From Selaginella moellendorffii (lineage: Eukaryota > Plantae > Lycopodiophyta), in assembly GCF_000143415.4 (NCBI RefSeq), contig NW_003314295.1, positions 1,721,950 through 1,785,949 of the forward strand: a DNA stretch of 64,000 nt, read 5' to 3'. Numbering within the stretch: position 1 is the first letter of the stretch; each line of letters opens with the position of its first letter. Both the position numbers and the translations under genes were made by a program. Below are positions 1 through 11,838 of the stretch, one piece after another. Under the pieces are notes generated by a model. That model was given only the letters and a program-made list of their open reading frames with translations. It did no database searches and had not been told where the DNA came from.

Positions 1-3000
1 TATAGAACGGATGAATCCCAAAAGAATTTGAACGACTGGTATCAGCTTCTATATAAAAACCTTTGTCAAGAGCGCATGCATTCTCTGCCTCGGATTTGAA
101 TTCCTGAACAACTTCGAGATCAAAAGCCTGTCAAAAAGGGTATCTAGCATACCTCAGGAAGCAGAGTTAAAAGAAAGTCGACGCACTTTTCTTTCAAATT
201 CTTTGGAGCTGTGCTTGATAGAGCAGATGCTGTAGTGAAACAATAACATAAGAAACATACATATAAAACGTAATTCCGATCGTACCCAATCCAACACCAT
301 CAAGGAGGACTAGAAACGCTCCATGAATAAAAGCAGCGTACTTGCCAATCTGAGGGGCGGCATTGTTGATGTACGTTATCCACGAAAGAAGGTCTCTCAC
401 GGACAATGTTTTCGAGATTTCTTGACGCTGCTGAAACCACTGATCAAAGAGTTTTAGAATACAAGATTAACGCTGCAGACAAACATTTACCTGCCAGAAC
501 TGAATAAGCGGTTCTACCAGGCACTCCACTTCCGATCCGCTTAGCCTGTGACACAGAATGTCAGTATAGCAAACAACAGGAAAACATATGCCAACCTTTC
601 CAAAATTATACTTCTTAAATCATCCAAGTCGCAAATTGGTGGCACCCAGACCTCAGTGAACCTGTTTCTTAGTGCCGGAGACAGCTCCTTCTTGCCAAAA
701 TCTCCACCAGGATTCATTGTTGCCATCAACCTGAATTTCGGGTGTGCTATAATTTCTTCAACGTCGGAACCACCTTTCTCCGCAAGTACGAGAGTGCCGT
801 TTGGCTCCAGAACACTGTTAAGCCTCTCTAGCACGCTGTCGTCTGCTAGGCTGATCTCATCGACGAGAAATAAATCCCCATTCCGCATGGCATCTACAAG
901 AGGACCATCATGCCAAACGAAGAGCGACTGCCATTCCTTCCGTAGCTTTTGAAGGGTTGTCACTGTTGAATGGAGAACAGCCTTCTCCTCAGAGCTTATG
1001 AGCACTTCTTCGGACTTCAATACACGCCTAGCAATGTCGATAGTCGCCCCGGAGTCTTCTATCTTCGAGGACAACTGCAAAACAAGTATCAGCTCAAAGT
1101 ATAACAAAACATTCCAGCGATGCTTACGTTATTAGAGAAGCATCCCATCGAATTTAGCGTACATACTGCATCATCATAACGCATTGCGATCTTCTCCCTA
1201 CCCCGAACTGGTCTAAACCCCTGCGTAAATAGAAAGTGAGCACAATGGAAATTCATTAGACAACAGCATACGCCAATAAAATCAGATGTCTCTGTGTGTT
1301 GATGGCAATTTAGAATGTGAAGCTTTTGTTTCAACAGCTGCGCGAGTAGCTGGCAAACAGTAGTTTTTCCACATCCAGTTTCACCGACGAGGAGAAGAGG
1401 TTCATTATGCTCGTTGCACTGCTGCGTGAGATAGAACAATCGCCGCATGCTTTTCATCCAGACGATTCTGTAAGAATTTCACACGTTGAAGGCGAAGAAC
1501 GACACTACAATGACGATCGATACCTTCCTAAGACTGCGGCTTTGCCATCTTGAGTTTGTTGTACGCTCGAAGCTCCAGTAAACTACAACACAGACTGTCT
1601 GAGTGAGAAAGTACGTAAAAGGAAGTACCTCGTGAACTCTATCAGGATTTATCTTCACTCGTAATTGCTTCTCCAAACTTGTCTGCACTACCACCTTTTC
1701 TTTTGAATCCCGAATTCTTTCTGCGAGCAGAACGTAGCCGTTCCAAGCAAGATCTTCGTATGAGATGCCACTCTGACGATGTCGTTCAGCCCAACGAAAG
1801 AGATCTCGTGGAGTTATGTAGCCGTGCTTCCCAGCAAACACCTTACTACCCTGTCGTTGCCGCTGCAAATCTTTCATGACTTCCACCATCTTCCCGGCAT
1901 AGCTTGCAGCCACGTCGCATCTCTTCTCAAGTATCGTAACAAGCTCGTCCGCTGGGATGTCGTCGACATGGAGCTCAATAAATCTGTTGCGAAATGCACG
2001 AGAAAGTGCCTTTCTTCCTCCATAAATACCGGGAGGATTTTGTGTTGCAAAGAGCATGAAATGCGGATGAGGTTTCACAGACACCTGGAGCTCGGGAACG
2101 AAAAGCTCCCTGTTGTCGTCAAGAAGCCGGTTCAGAGCTTCTAACACATCTGATGGAGCCAAGTTCAACTCGTCCAGCACGATCCAATAGCCATTCCTAA
2201 CAGCTTCCACCAGTGGTCCTTCCTGGAAAACCAGCTTTCCAGTATGATCTGAAACATAAGCACCCAGGTACTCTTGCAGGTCTGTGTGCTCATGGTTGTT
2301 GATCCGTAAGAACTTGTGTCCTGTGACGGCTGCAAGATATCGTACTAGACTTGTTTTCCCACTCGAAGTTGGTCCCTGCAGCAGCACCGGATATTTCCGA
2401 ATGAAAACCGCCCGCGCAATATTTTTCAGATGCTCCTTTATACTCTTGGTCAAGACGTAGCGCTTGCAGAAGGCCGTATCAGCATCCGTTTGGCTCTCAC
2501 ATCCACGCTGCACCCAGAACTGTTCGAACAAAATGTGGTCTGGACTTGGTTGTGCCGGAGCCTTCATAAGGGACTTCGAAAAGCTCGTTGATTTCCCGGA
2601 CTGATTGTAGAGAACTTGCTGAATGAGTTCTTCCATGATCGGAGCACTCGACTGATCCAAGAGGGTCAGGAACGACATACAAACCCCGTCGTACAAGGCC
2701 CGATCAAACCCATAAACAGGCATAGCATGCCTTGTAAACTCGAGCGCCCGGGAAAGTGACCGTAAACTGTACTGAGGTTTATGCCCAGCACCATCGCGCA
2801 GCCGCTTCTCTGCTTCTTCCCGGGCTTTTAAGAAAAAGTTGACGATGTTTTCCGGAGAACGCATGGAGCCTTCCAAGTATTTGGCAACCAGTGCCTCCAA
2901 GTCTTCTTTGCCGCACATCTCGTCAACGTAAAGCTCTGTAAGCCTGTTCCTGAGCAGTACGGGCAACTCTCGCTTCCCAACGTCGGTCGCAGGATTCATG

Positions 3001-6000
3001 CAGGCAAATATCCGAAAGTTGGGATGCCGCTGCACAATCTCTATGTCACCGCGCTCTGTGAGGCAGACTGATCCACCTCCTCCGTTGAAAATTCCATTCA
3101 GCCTCTCCAATATCTCAACTGGTGCAAGGTTTATCTCGTCAAGGAGTAGCCAGGTACCGTTCTTCAGTGCCTTGACAAGTACACCTTCGACGAAAGAGAA
3201 CGCAAAGGCGCTTTTTGAGGCTTCCACCTGCTTCTCGGTCTTACTGAGCTCAACTGAGAAAGCCCGCCACCTATCGAGAAGATTCTGGCTGACTGGCTTT
3301 TGTCTCTTTGCTTTTTTTGCAGTCGATTCCTCTGAGTTTTCACCCACCAGGTTCCCAACTTTTGTAATAGCAATGCGAAAAGCCTTGAGAAGCAGCACCC
3401 ATCTTTTTTTTTCCACATACTGTTGAACTGTTGTCCAAAAGTCCTTGTTCTTCTGTAACTAAATGTGAGAAATGGCCCAAACAAACAGAGAAAACTAAAT
3501 ACGACCTGAAGAGAGAACGTGGCCGTAAAAATTTCATTGAATGTTTCCACTAGAGGCAGACAAACACTTTGCGCTTCTACCGGCTTGAAACCTCCCAGTA
3601 AATCGGCTGCGTCGCTCTGCTGGCTTAGATTCTAAAACCAACACCAACGAAATTAAATGCAAACATAGGAGCTCTAATACGTACCACAACAGTCAAAGGA
3701 GTTGACATGTGCCACGCCAATCTCTGTACAAGAGTCGTTTTGCCAGTTCCCGTCTCTCCAACAAGAAGCACAGCTTCATTCTGTTCAACGCAACGGGCTA
3801 TCCGTTCTAGTAGCCTCATTGTTTGAGCAGTATCAGCGAAGACCGTGTTGTATGACCCTTTCGCCTGAAAACTATCGTTGTAAATCTCAAAAGAGAAATG
3901 AATCCAATCTAGATTTACCGCTTGTGATTGTAATGGCAAGACAACACGGCCAATTTGTGCTGCAGAACGCAGCTCCTGCGGAAGAACATGACAACACGGC
4001 CAATTTGTAGTGCAGAACGCAGCTCCTGCGGAAGAAACATTAGTCCGACCTCGACTATTATTGAGTATTACCTGACACAGAGGCTTAAACAACTGGCTGT
4101 AATATTCCACACGTTCCAGAGGAACGTTCCAATGTTCAGCAATGCATCTCATCACAAGTTGCCGATCGACAGTATCCCCAACAGCTGCAGCAAAACAGTC
4201 TACAGCCTGCATTGGCCAATTTAGGATTCTAAATGTGAGAAGCGATTTAGTACCTCCAAATATATGTGGTCTCGTACTGTCTCATCTAGGATCAAGCTTT
4301 CAGATACCCGAGGAACCAGTGCACACACTCGATTACAAAATTTCAAAAGGTCCCTGAAAATAATTAACCATTATTCGGGCAGAAAAACTTGAAATCGTAC
4401 AGTCTTACCTCGTAGAAAAATGCCGACTAACGTGAGCAGTGGCACCACCTTGTGCCACTGTACCCTTTACTATGTTAAGCGTGCCTGCATAACACTTATC
4501 AGAAATTGAAAGTAAGTTAGCTTAGAGACAAGATACCAATCAGTTTCGGGACTAGGGAGCACAGTCCTGGAAACCTCTCCTTGATTATAGTTGACAGCTC
4601 CACATCCGAAAACGCCTCGATTATAATTTTCCGCCACAAGTAGGTAAACGAGTCCCGGCCTACAAAAGCAACTAAATTACGAGAGCGTTGAGTATAAAGA
4701 CCGAACCTTCCCCAGACTTCCACGTGGTACCAAATTGCATTCGGCACACCGTAGCAAACAGACGGAAGTTCTCTGCAGCATAGACCACCTGAAAAACAGC
4801 TGTAATGCTACAATACACCAACATGTGCTAGATTACCTCTCCTCGACCGGGAATTTGGAGCTTTCGATCCTCTAATAAAGATACAAGCGAAGAAAAGAGA
4901 TCGGAAGGAGCTTTGTCAACGTCCTCAAAAACAACCCACAAGCCCTTTTCAATAGCCTGCAATGCAGATTTAAAATATGCTCACGAAAGAAAAGGAAGGA
5001 CCAACCTGAGTAAGTGTACCCGGCTGCCACTTGAACTCTCCTGGAACTTCGGTACACACGTAATTGCCAAATAGCGTTTTGGTATCCAGTTGATCGTCAA
5101 GGTGAATGAATAAAACATCTGGACAAGCAAAAATCAGCACACGAGTGAAAGAAATATAAGATCGAACCTGTATTTCCCGTTAAACCTGCAAATTCTCGAA
5201 GCAAGCTAGACTTTCCTGATCCTAAAGGACCTTCTAGCAGCACAGGTTGCCTTTGACTGAGTGCCAGAGCGAAAGCTTCCATTTGAGACTTCACACTAGG
5301 CGTTACTACAAAAGAGCTTCGCACAGCGCCTCCGCTGCAACCAAAAAAGTTGAAAAGCTTTGTAAGATTTACTTATCAAAGTCCCGTACCTTTGAAAATC
5401 AGGCCGCAGTGGCAGCTCAACACCACAAATGACGACATGTGAGACCTTCTCGTCATGCCGTTGCTTCCACCTTACAACTGACTCATAATGTACAGTAGCC
5501 GAACTCTTCTCTTGAGTATCTAAGTCACCACCCGCAGTGAACATCTCTACCATTCCTACCGCTATTTCTCGATAAAACTCCTCCCACCTGTAGCAACAAG
5601 AAGTTAGTCATACGATGAACAAAAACATAAGCTCACCTTATCAAGCATGAAAATGCCTCTTCTTCCGAAATACCCGAGAGCGACGCAGTCAAGTCTCTCG
5701 AGGCAGCATCCGACATTCTAAACACCAGTGACAAAATCTGGACAGCACACCAGCGCACATCAAAAACCGTGCCTCCGCGGCATTCTCCAGTCCACAGCAA
5801 AAGACTTAGAAAAGGACTCCAATCCCACAGCTCCCGAAAGCTTCTCGCATCTAGCCGGAGGAACTGGTAGGAGGCACGTAAAACTTCCAAGAGAGATGGC
5901 CCCTCCGACGACTCGCCACCAAGACCATTACGCAATAGTCTCTCAAATGGTGATGGAGCAAACGTATAGTAGCGTAGAATCGAGCTGCGAAGAACACAAG

Positions 6001-6409
6001 GCAGATATAAATCACCGACTTGAGACACTACATACACAAGGCTTACCTCGAGAGAAATGGAGCCAGGTCGAGAATTTTGCTAAAGGCCACGCTCACATAC
6101 TCATGAGTTGCCAGGCTCAAACTCGAGCTACTTCGCTTCTCAAGGGAGTGCACCAAATCCGACACTACTTCCAACAGCACCGATCGAAAGCATCCAGCCA
6201 CTACGACTGTGCAATCCGGCCTCACGAGCAATTCCTGGACCACTTCCACCGCTTTTCGATCGATTTCATCCCCCTGCCGCGCGAAATAAGTGAAATTCTG
6301 CGAGAAATGCGAGGCGAGAACGTACCCGGGCAAGTACCGCAATGCGATCGTCGGCCAGGCTCGACAAGCGAGCGAGCTTCGCGAATCCCTGGCGAAAATC
6401 GACATCCAT
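1..6409 (-). CDS. MDN1: Midasin (Rea1/MDN1) AAA+ ATPase, 5' part; multi-exon, runs off the left edge of the window
   Basis: Successive AAA modules with Walker A/B motifs (GPLGSGKSS, GETGTGKTT, GPTSSGKTS, GETGCGKTT; LDEINLA, LDELNLA, VDEISLA) and MDN1-type motifs (ATQNPPGIYGGRKALSRAFRNRF, ATMNPGGDFGKKELSPALRNRF) split by short GT-AG introns. Likely start ATG at 6409 (MDVDFRQGF...), spliced to GDEIDRKAV. Confidence 0.96.
3938..4037. repeat. 50-bp direct tandem duplication spanning an MDN1 splice acceptor
   Basis: acaacacggccaatttgt..tgcagaacgcagctcctgcggaagaa occurs at 3941 and 3991. Confidence 0.92.
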
Positions 6410-6498
6410 TGCCAGCCGCTCTCCTCCTAAAACCCTATAAGAACCCTAAACGAAGGGTAGAATATCCTCGCCATTGTTCTCTCGAGGGAATGAGATAA
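6410..6498. promoter_or_regulatory. Short bidirectional promoter region (MDN1 / STR14) with telo-box-like motifs
   Basis: 89 bp between divergent ATGs; aaaccctata and aaccctaaa at about 6430-6450. Confidence 0.6.
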
Positions 6499-7660
6499 AT
6501 GGCAATGGCGACGGCGGCTTCTTTCGCTCTCTCCGCGGCTCCCAGGTCTGGAAACCTCGACGATTTTGGCAGCGCGATTCCTTTCCACGCCAATGCGCCG
6601 CCGCGGAGGAGGATGACGGCGATTCGAGCGACTGGAGCGGCAACCAAGCGCGCCAAGACTCCAGGTACTGCTCGCAAATTCGACCTAGTTCGAAGAAACT
6701 CATCGGTAGGCTATTGAATCCTTCTTCACAGCCGAGGAGGATTGGAGAATCAAGCGCGAGGCTTTGAAGAAAAACCAGGTAGAATTTCTATTCTTTCTTT
6801 GACCTGGATTGGAAAGGAATGGAGATAGACAAGTATATGGATGTAGGTACGCTCTATCACTCCCAAGGACGCTAAAAGGCTCCAGGACGAACAAGGCTAC
6901 GTTCTTCTAGATGTTCGTCCTCAGAACGAATTCCAAAAGGTAAGTTTCTTCTCTCTTTTTCTTTGTTGTTTCTTTTGGCCAACTTCATCTGATGAACTTT
7001 CCAGATGCATCCTATAGGAGCTGTGAATGTAGAGATTTACAGGCTTATCAAGGAATGGACTGCCTGGGATATCGCTCGAAGGCTGGGATTCGCGTTCTTT
7101 GGCATTTTCGACGGTACCGAAGAGAATCCAAACTTCCTTGCAGGCATGTAAAGTAAGGTCCCTTACTACTGTTGCTTGCGCTTGCCCATTCCAATCAGAG
7201 TGGCACGACCGACCATCAGAACCAACTTGCCTGCCAGATTGTGTGATATTATCAGATGCTACTCGAGCGCTTATATTTCTGTCTCTTCCTGTGCTTCCAG
7301 ATGTGAGGGCTAAGGTCGAAAGCAAGTCCAAAGTTATTGTTGCCTGCGCATCTGGAGGTACAATGAAGCCTACTCCAACTTTGGCCGATGGACAGCAATC
7401 AAGGTAGCGTACTCAGAAAAGCTTGCATCTGTTCCATGACATGATTGACATAACCAATTCCAGCACAGTGATAGTTCTTTAACCATTTTTCTCGTAGTAC
7501 TAATCACTGCCCTGACGCTTGCTTTTCCTTTTCCCCTTGCAGATCGTTGATTGCGGCATACGTGCTTCTCATGGACGGCTATACGAATGTTTTGCACCTG
7601 GAAGGTGGGCTTCGGAGCTGGTACCAGGATCGACTTCCGACGGAAGAAGCCTCGGAATAG
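6499..7660 (+). CDS. STR14: Chloroplast rhodanese-like domain protein (STR14-like), multi-exon
   Basis: Spliced product reads transit peptide, AEEDWRIKREALKKNQ, VLLDVRPQNEF, HPIGAVNVEIYRLIKEWTAWDIARRLGFAFFGIFDGTEENP, VIVACASGGTMKPTPTLADGQQSRSLIAAYVLLMDGYTNVLHLEGG; collinear with recalled Arabidopsis STR14. Confidence 0.9.
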
Positions 7661-10600
7661 ATCAAGAGGTTCGCTGTAAACTCTGGTTGTGTGTGTGTGT
7701 ATATTTATGTATAACATTCGTGCTGCTCCTCAATAAGCTGGTTTGTGGGAGAGTACCAGCAGCGTTTTGTGAAGCATTGATAAAAAACTTAAGGTTCGTT
7801 TCAGCTGTTCCAAAGCATGGTTTGACCCTTCCTTTCACACAGATTTTTCCTTTCCTACGCGGCTATCATTCTCGTCACCTGGAAGTTAATTATCCGTTAT
7901 TTTGGAGGTAAAGTCGTCGACTTTTTTAACCGAAACATCAAAGTTGTTCTTCCTGACACCCAGGTACAGTGCTTTGGTGTCAACCGTTTTGTTGGCTTCC
8001 TTTTCATTTTGCGATTGTATTGCGGGGGTGCAGGGTCTTATACGGCCGATCACAGAGCAAAAGGCATGACTGGGGAGCTTAGTACATTACACTATCAGGT
8101 ACGCAAGAAAAAGGTGTTGCAGGACTTGCCGCTGCAAGAGACCAAACGGGGAGATGTTTGGGGGCAACACGGGGTAAGCCCGGGAAATCCTTGTTTCTTT
8201 CGCGCATCACTTCATCCTGGTTTCTTTTCGTGCTTCCAGGTACTTGTTCCTGAAACCTTTTGTACTGCTCAGCGAGCCATCGACAATGTTGAGTTTCTCG
8301 GGAAGAACATTTCGAGAAAGTAAAAGAAATCTCTTCCCCAAGTTCTTCGTCTTATGCGCTGCTTACTTAGCGCATCATTCTAAGAAACAGCAAGCAGACA
8401 AAAGCCTTTGCCGTAATGATTTGGTTGGAGGCGGCTGCTGCGAGAAAATCCATATAGAAAGCTCGCGCGCTCGCTTGATCCATTTCTTACTAAAGAATAG
8501 AGAAATCCCAAACAAGTTCTTCGTGTTCCTGCTAGCTACTGCGGCTCTTGTCTTTGATTTTTAACAAATATTTCTCGAGAGGCTCTCTTCGCTGTCGTTC
8601 TCAAATTGTCTGATAAAATTCTTTGCTATTTTTTGTTTCTTTTTTCTTGAACTTTTCCTTTTCCCAGTTTTTTGTCCAAAACTTCCAGTCTGTGTCTGAC
8701 ATCAATACGAAATGGGCCTTTAGACGGCCATGCACATGGTCCTGTCTTTGTATGGGTGATCACTCATACAAAGTTAAAAATCCTCCAAACAGGTCAAGCA
8801 ACTCAGCCTCTCTGCGCATTGGTTTGAATGGCTGCAATGGCTATTCACTCTCCATAAATATTTCAATGCACTCTCTCTGGACCACAAGAAAAAGAAGGGA
8901 AAAAAGTTATTTAAATTTTAAAAAAGAATAAAGGAAGACAAAAGAGAAGAGTTGCTCTTTTTGCCGGTGTCACTTCACTTTCAGGAGCGATCAAGCGCCC
9001 CACCCCCCCCAAAAAAAAAGAAAAACAAATACAAAGATCCAAGAAAATGGTCTATGAGAAGAAATCTCCAGAAGGAACGCTTGAGTGGGCGATGAAAGAT
9101 CAAGCGCGGGCGAATATCAGATCTGGTTGGCGCTCTTTTTGTTCTCCTGCCAATGATGGCGCAAGCGATCCAAAGGAGCGCGTCGCTCTCACGGGAAACC
9201 AAGACAATTGCAAAGGAGAGGAGGAGATGGAGCTCGTTGTCACACTCTCTAGCACAATGCGCTCATCCACATCGTGTGGCTAGCTCCATCGGACAGGCCA
9301 AATTTATGGTGTCCGAGCCAAGCCCTCACAATCGCGACTCGCGAGAGAAGCAAGTGAGCGAATTGTGTTGCTTTGCCTCCGAGGAGAACCTCAAAGCAAA
9401 CTGTTCGGTGTTTTGGGACCGAAAAGTTGGCCATGCATGAAAGCAACGTCCAAGTCTCCACTCTACGTTAGCACTGTTGGCATCATGCATGCATCAACCT
9501 TGATGGAGAAAAACATCAGAGGACCATTTGATGTTTTCTTTTTGTGAGGGGGATGGCTACAATGTAACCACTTGTTGTCAGTGGTCCACCTCGGTTATAA
9601 ACTAGTCTGGCTAATCTAGGTAGCTAATCACAATGTTGTATTGTCGGGAGATACGTGGGCAGTGCTTTGCTGCCACTAAACCATCCTCTTTCGAATGCTT
9701 AAACCAAAAACATGCCAGGGACGGGCATTTTGGAATGGGCATTTTGTGAGTGGACTGGAGTGGGAGCCATGTACAAAATTATTCTCTTTGTGAGAATCCT
9801 AGATTCTACAAGCACTAGGCTAAAGCGCTGGAAGGCAGGGTGGAATTTTGGCGGAGCTGCAAGTGCGTGTCTGGAATCTACGCTGCAAAAGCCTCCGGCT
9901 AGGAGCTTAAACAAAACCCAGGCTCGCTGGTGATCATATGCTTCAAAACTAAATGCTTTCCAGAATCCAAGCTCTTTTCCAATGTGGAAATGGATGCTAC
10001 ACAACACCAAACCCATTGAACACCCACTTTCTTTAAGGCGGAATTTGGCACCAATGTCCCTACTTGATGGCACAATGTTATCTATACATACGAGTACATG
10101 AAATTGGGGAAATCCTTGTGTGGCATTATCAGAAGCTTTAAGAGCGATGGAGTGGTGCCTGTGGACTGGAATGCCCCACAGTAAGATGCCTTTTGTGCAA
10201 TTGGGAGAGCGAGAAACTCAAAAGGGCGGGAAGATTCTCTCCAAGACGTATATGTAGAGCATCATATTCTGCACGACTGAGTAGTACACACAATGTATAC
10301 GTCTCGAGAAGAGATGAGATGTTCCCACCAGCCAAATGTAGACTAGCCCACGCAATTCCATGATATGAGCAAATTGCTAGCAGCTTTTCCATCTCAGCTG
10401 TGTAGATCGACACGATGTTAAGAGCTCGCTTAGAGTCTTGAAGTGTCGATCTAAAGCTGACAGTATCCCCGAGATATATACTAAATCACCCCCAATGGAA
10501 CCATATGATCTCCATGTACATCGTACAAAGCAAAAAAGAAGGAAGAGAGTGTGGCTTTCTTGATCACATAGGTGATCACAGCTGGTCCCATGCCTCCACC

Positions 10601-11838
10601 AGACTCGAAAACCATGTATTACTATTCGGATGTTTGCAGTGATTGCCTCCCAGCTAGCAATTTTCGTACCAACCAACCAGAGAAAAGAGAATTCATAGAG
10701 AACACAAGCTGCAAATATTTCAATCCCGCCACCTTTCCTTTCACACTTACATGTGTGTTATGTGCGCAGGCGATTGACACCCAACACCCAAGCAGAAAAG
10801 CCCATCTAGCTTTCAAGAGGTGGGGAAAGAGAGATCGATTTAAAATAATGCGGCAGCACAGCTTTATGGCAGAGAGATATCTGTTCCAAACAAAGGGGCT
10901 TCGGTTACGAAATTTCCAAAACATCGCGAGCAAATGTACTTGGATCAGGCTACAGCCCAGCCATGTAAAAACTCAAGAAAAAATGGAGAAAGAAAATAAC
11001 CAATACCTTCTTATCCGATGGATCGATTCGATGAGAAACACTGGCTCCCCACAGCGAGATTTCACCACCCATGATAGGGCGAGGGGGCTTGTGTACGAAA
11101 CTGGGGCGACAAAGTGGCCAGCGTACGGCCCCAGTCAGGCCCATGTGCCAGTGCCCACTGACCCAGTGGCCAGTGGCCAGTGGCCCATTCCGATACCACT
11201 ATCACTCCCAAGTGTAGTGTGAGTGAGTGTATAGCCTCCTCCTAGCTAGTGGGCTCTTCCCATCTTTTCTCTTTTAGGTCTCTCTTCGTCGCGCATTTTT
11301 CTTTTCTTTGTGAGATTTGCTGCTGCTGCTGCTCGCGCTACTACTGCTACTGGACCTTTGGATTCTTCGAGCGCACTGTGTTCTTGTTTGGCGTGTCGCG
11401 CTGCCCATCTCCATCAATCAATCAATCTCACGCACCCACATTGGATTGACCATGGGTGGGGCGAGGTCGGAGGAGGAACACCCCCGGTGTGTGAGAGATC
11501 TTTGTTGCCGGCTGCGATTCGCATTAGAAACCCCTGTGTAGTTCCTAGCCTTGTCCCTGAGATGGTTGATTGCTCCTATATGCCCAGAGAGGGGAGCTGT
11601 TCAATCCTGTTTCGTCGGCAAATCGATGGACAGCAGCGCTAGACAGCTCAAATTCCCGAGGTAAACTGTGCCAGCATTGCTTCCTAGATAGCTCTCCGAT
11701 CGATTGCTTCAAAATCCGGCTCGCAGGGGGCCGCAATCCTCGAATTCACTGCCCAAGAACTAGAAAACAGAGAAAGCAGAGCTTCTCTCTCTCTCTCTCT
11801 CTCTCGTCCGCGAAGGATTTCCCACTCGCCCGGGAAAG

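Noticed and set aside
5728-6498. 256-aa plus-strand ORF
   Set aside because: Antisense to MDN1 exons, non-ATG start, no motif.
9047-9440. Two short overlapping ORFs upstream of PIN
   Set aside because: No signal peptide, motif or splice support.
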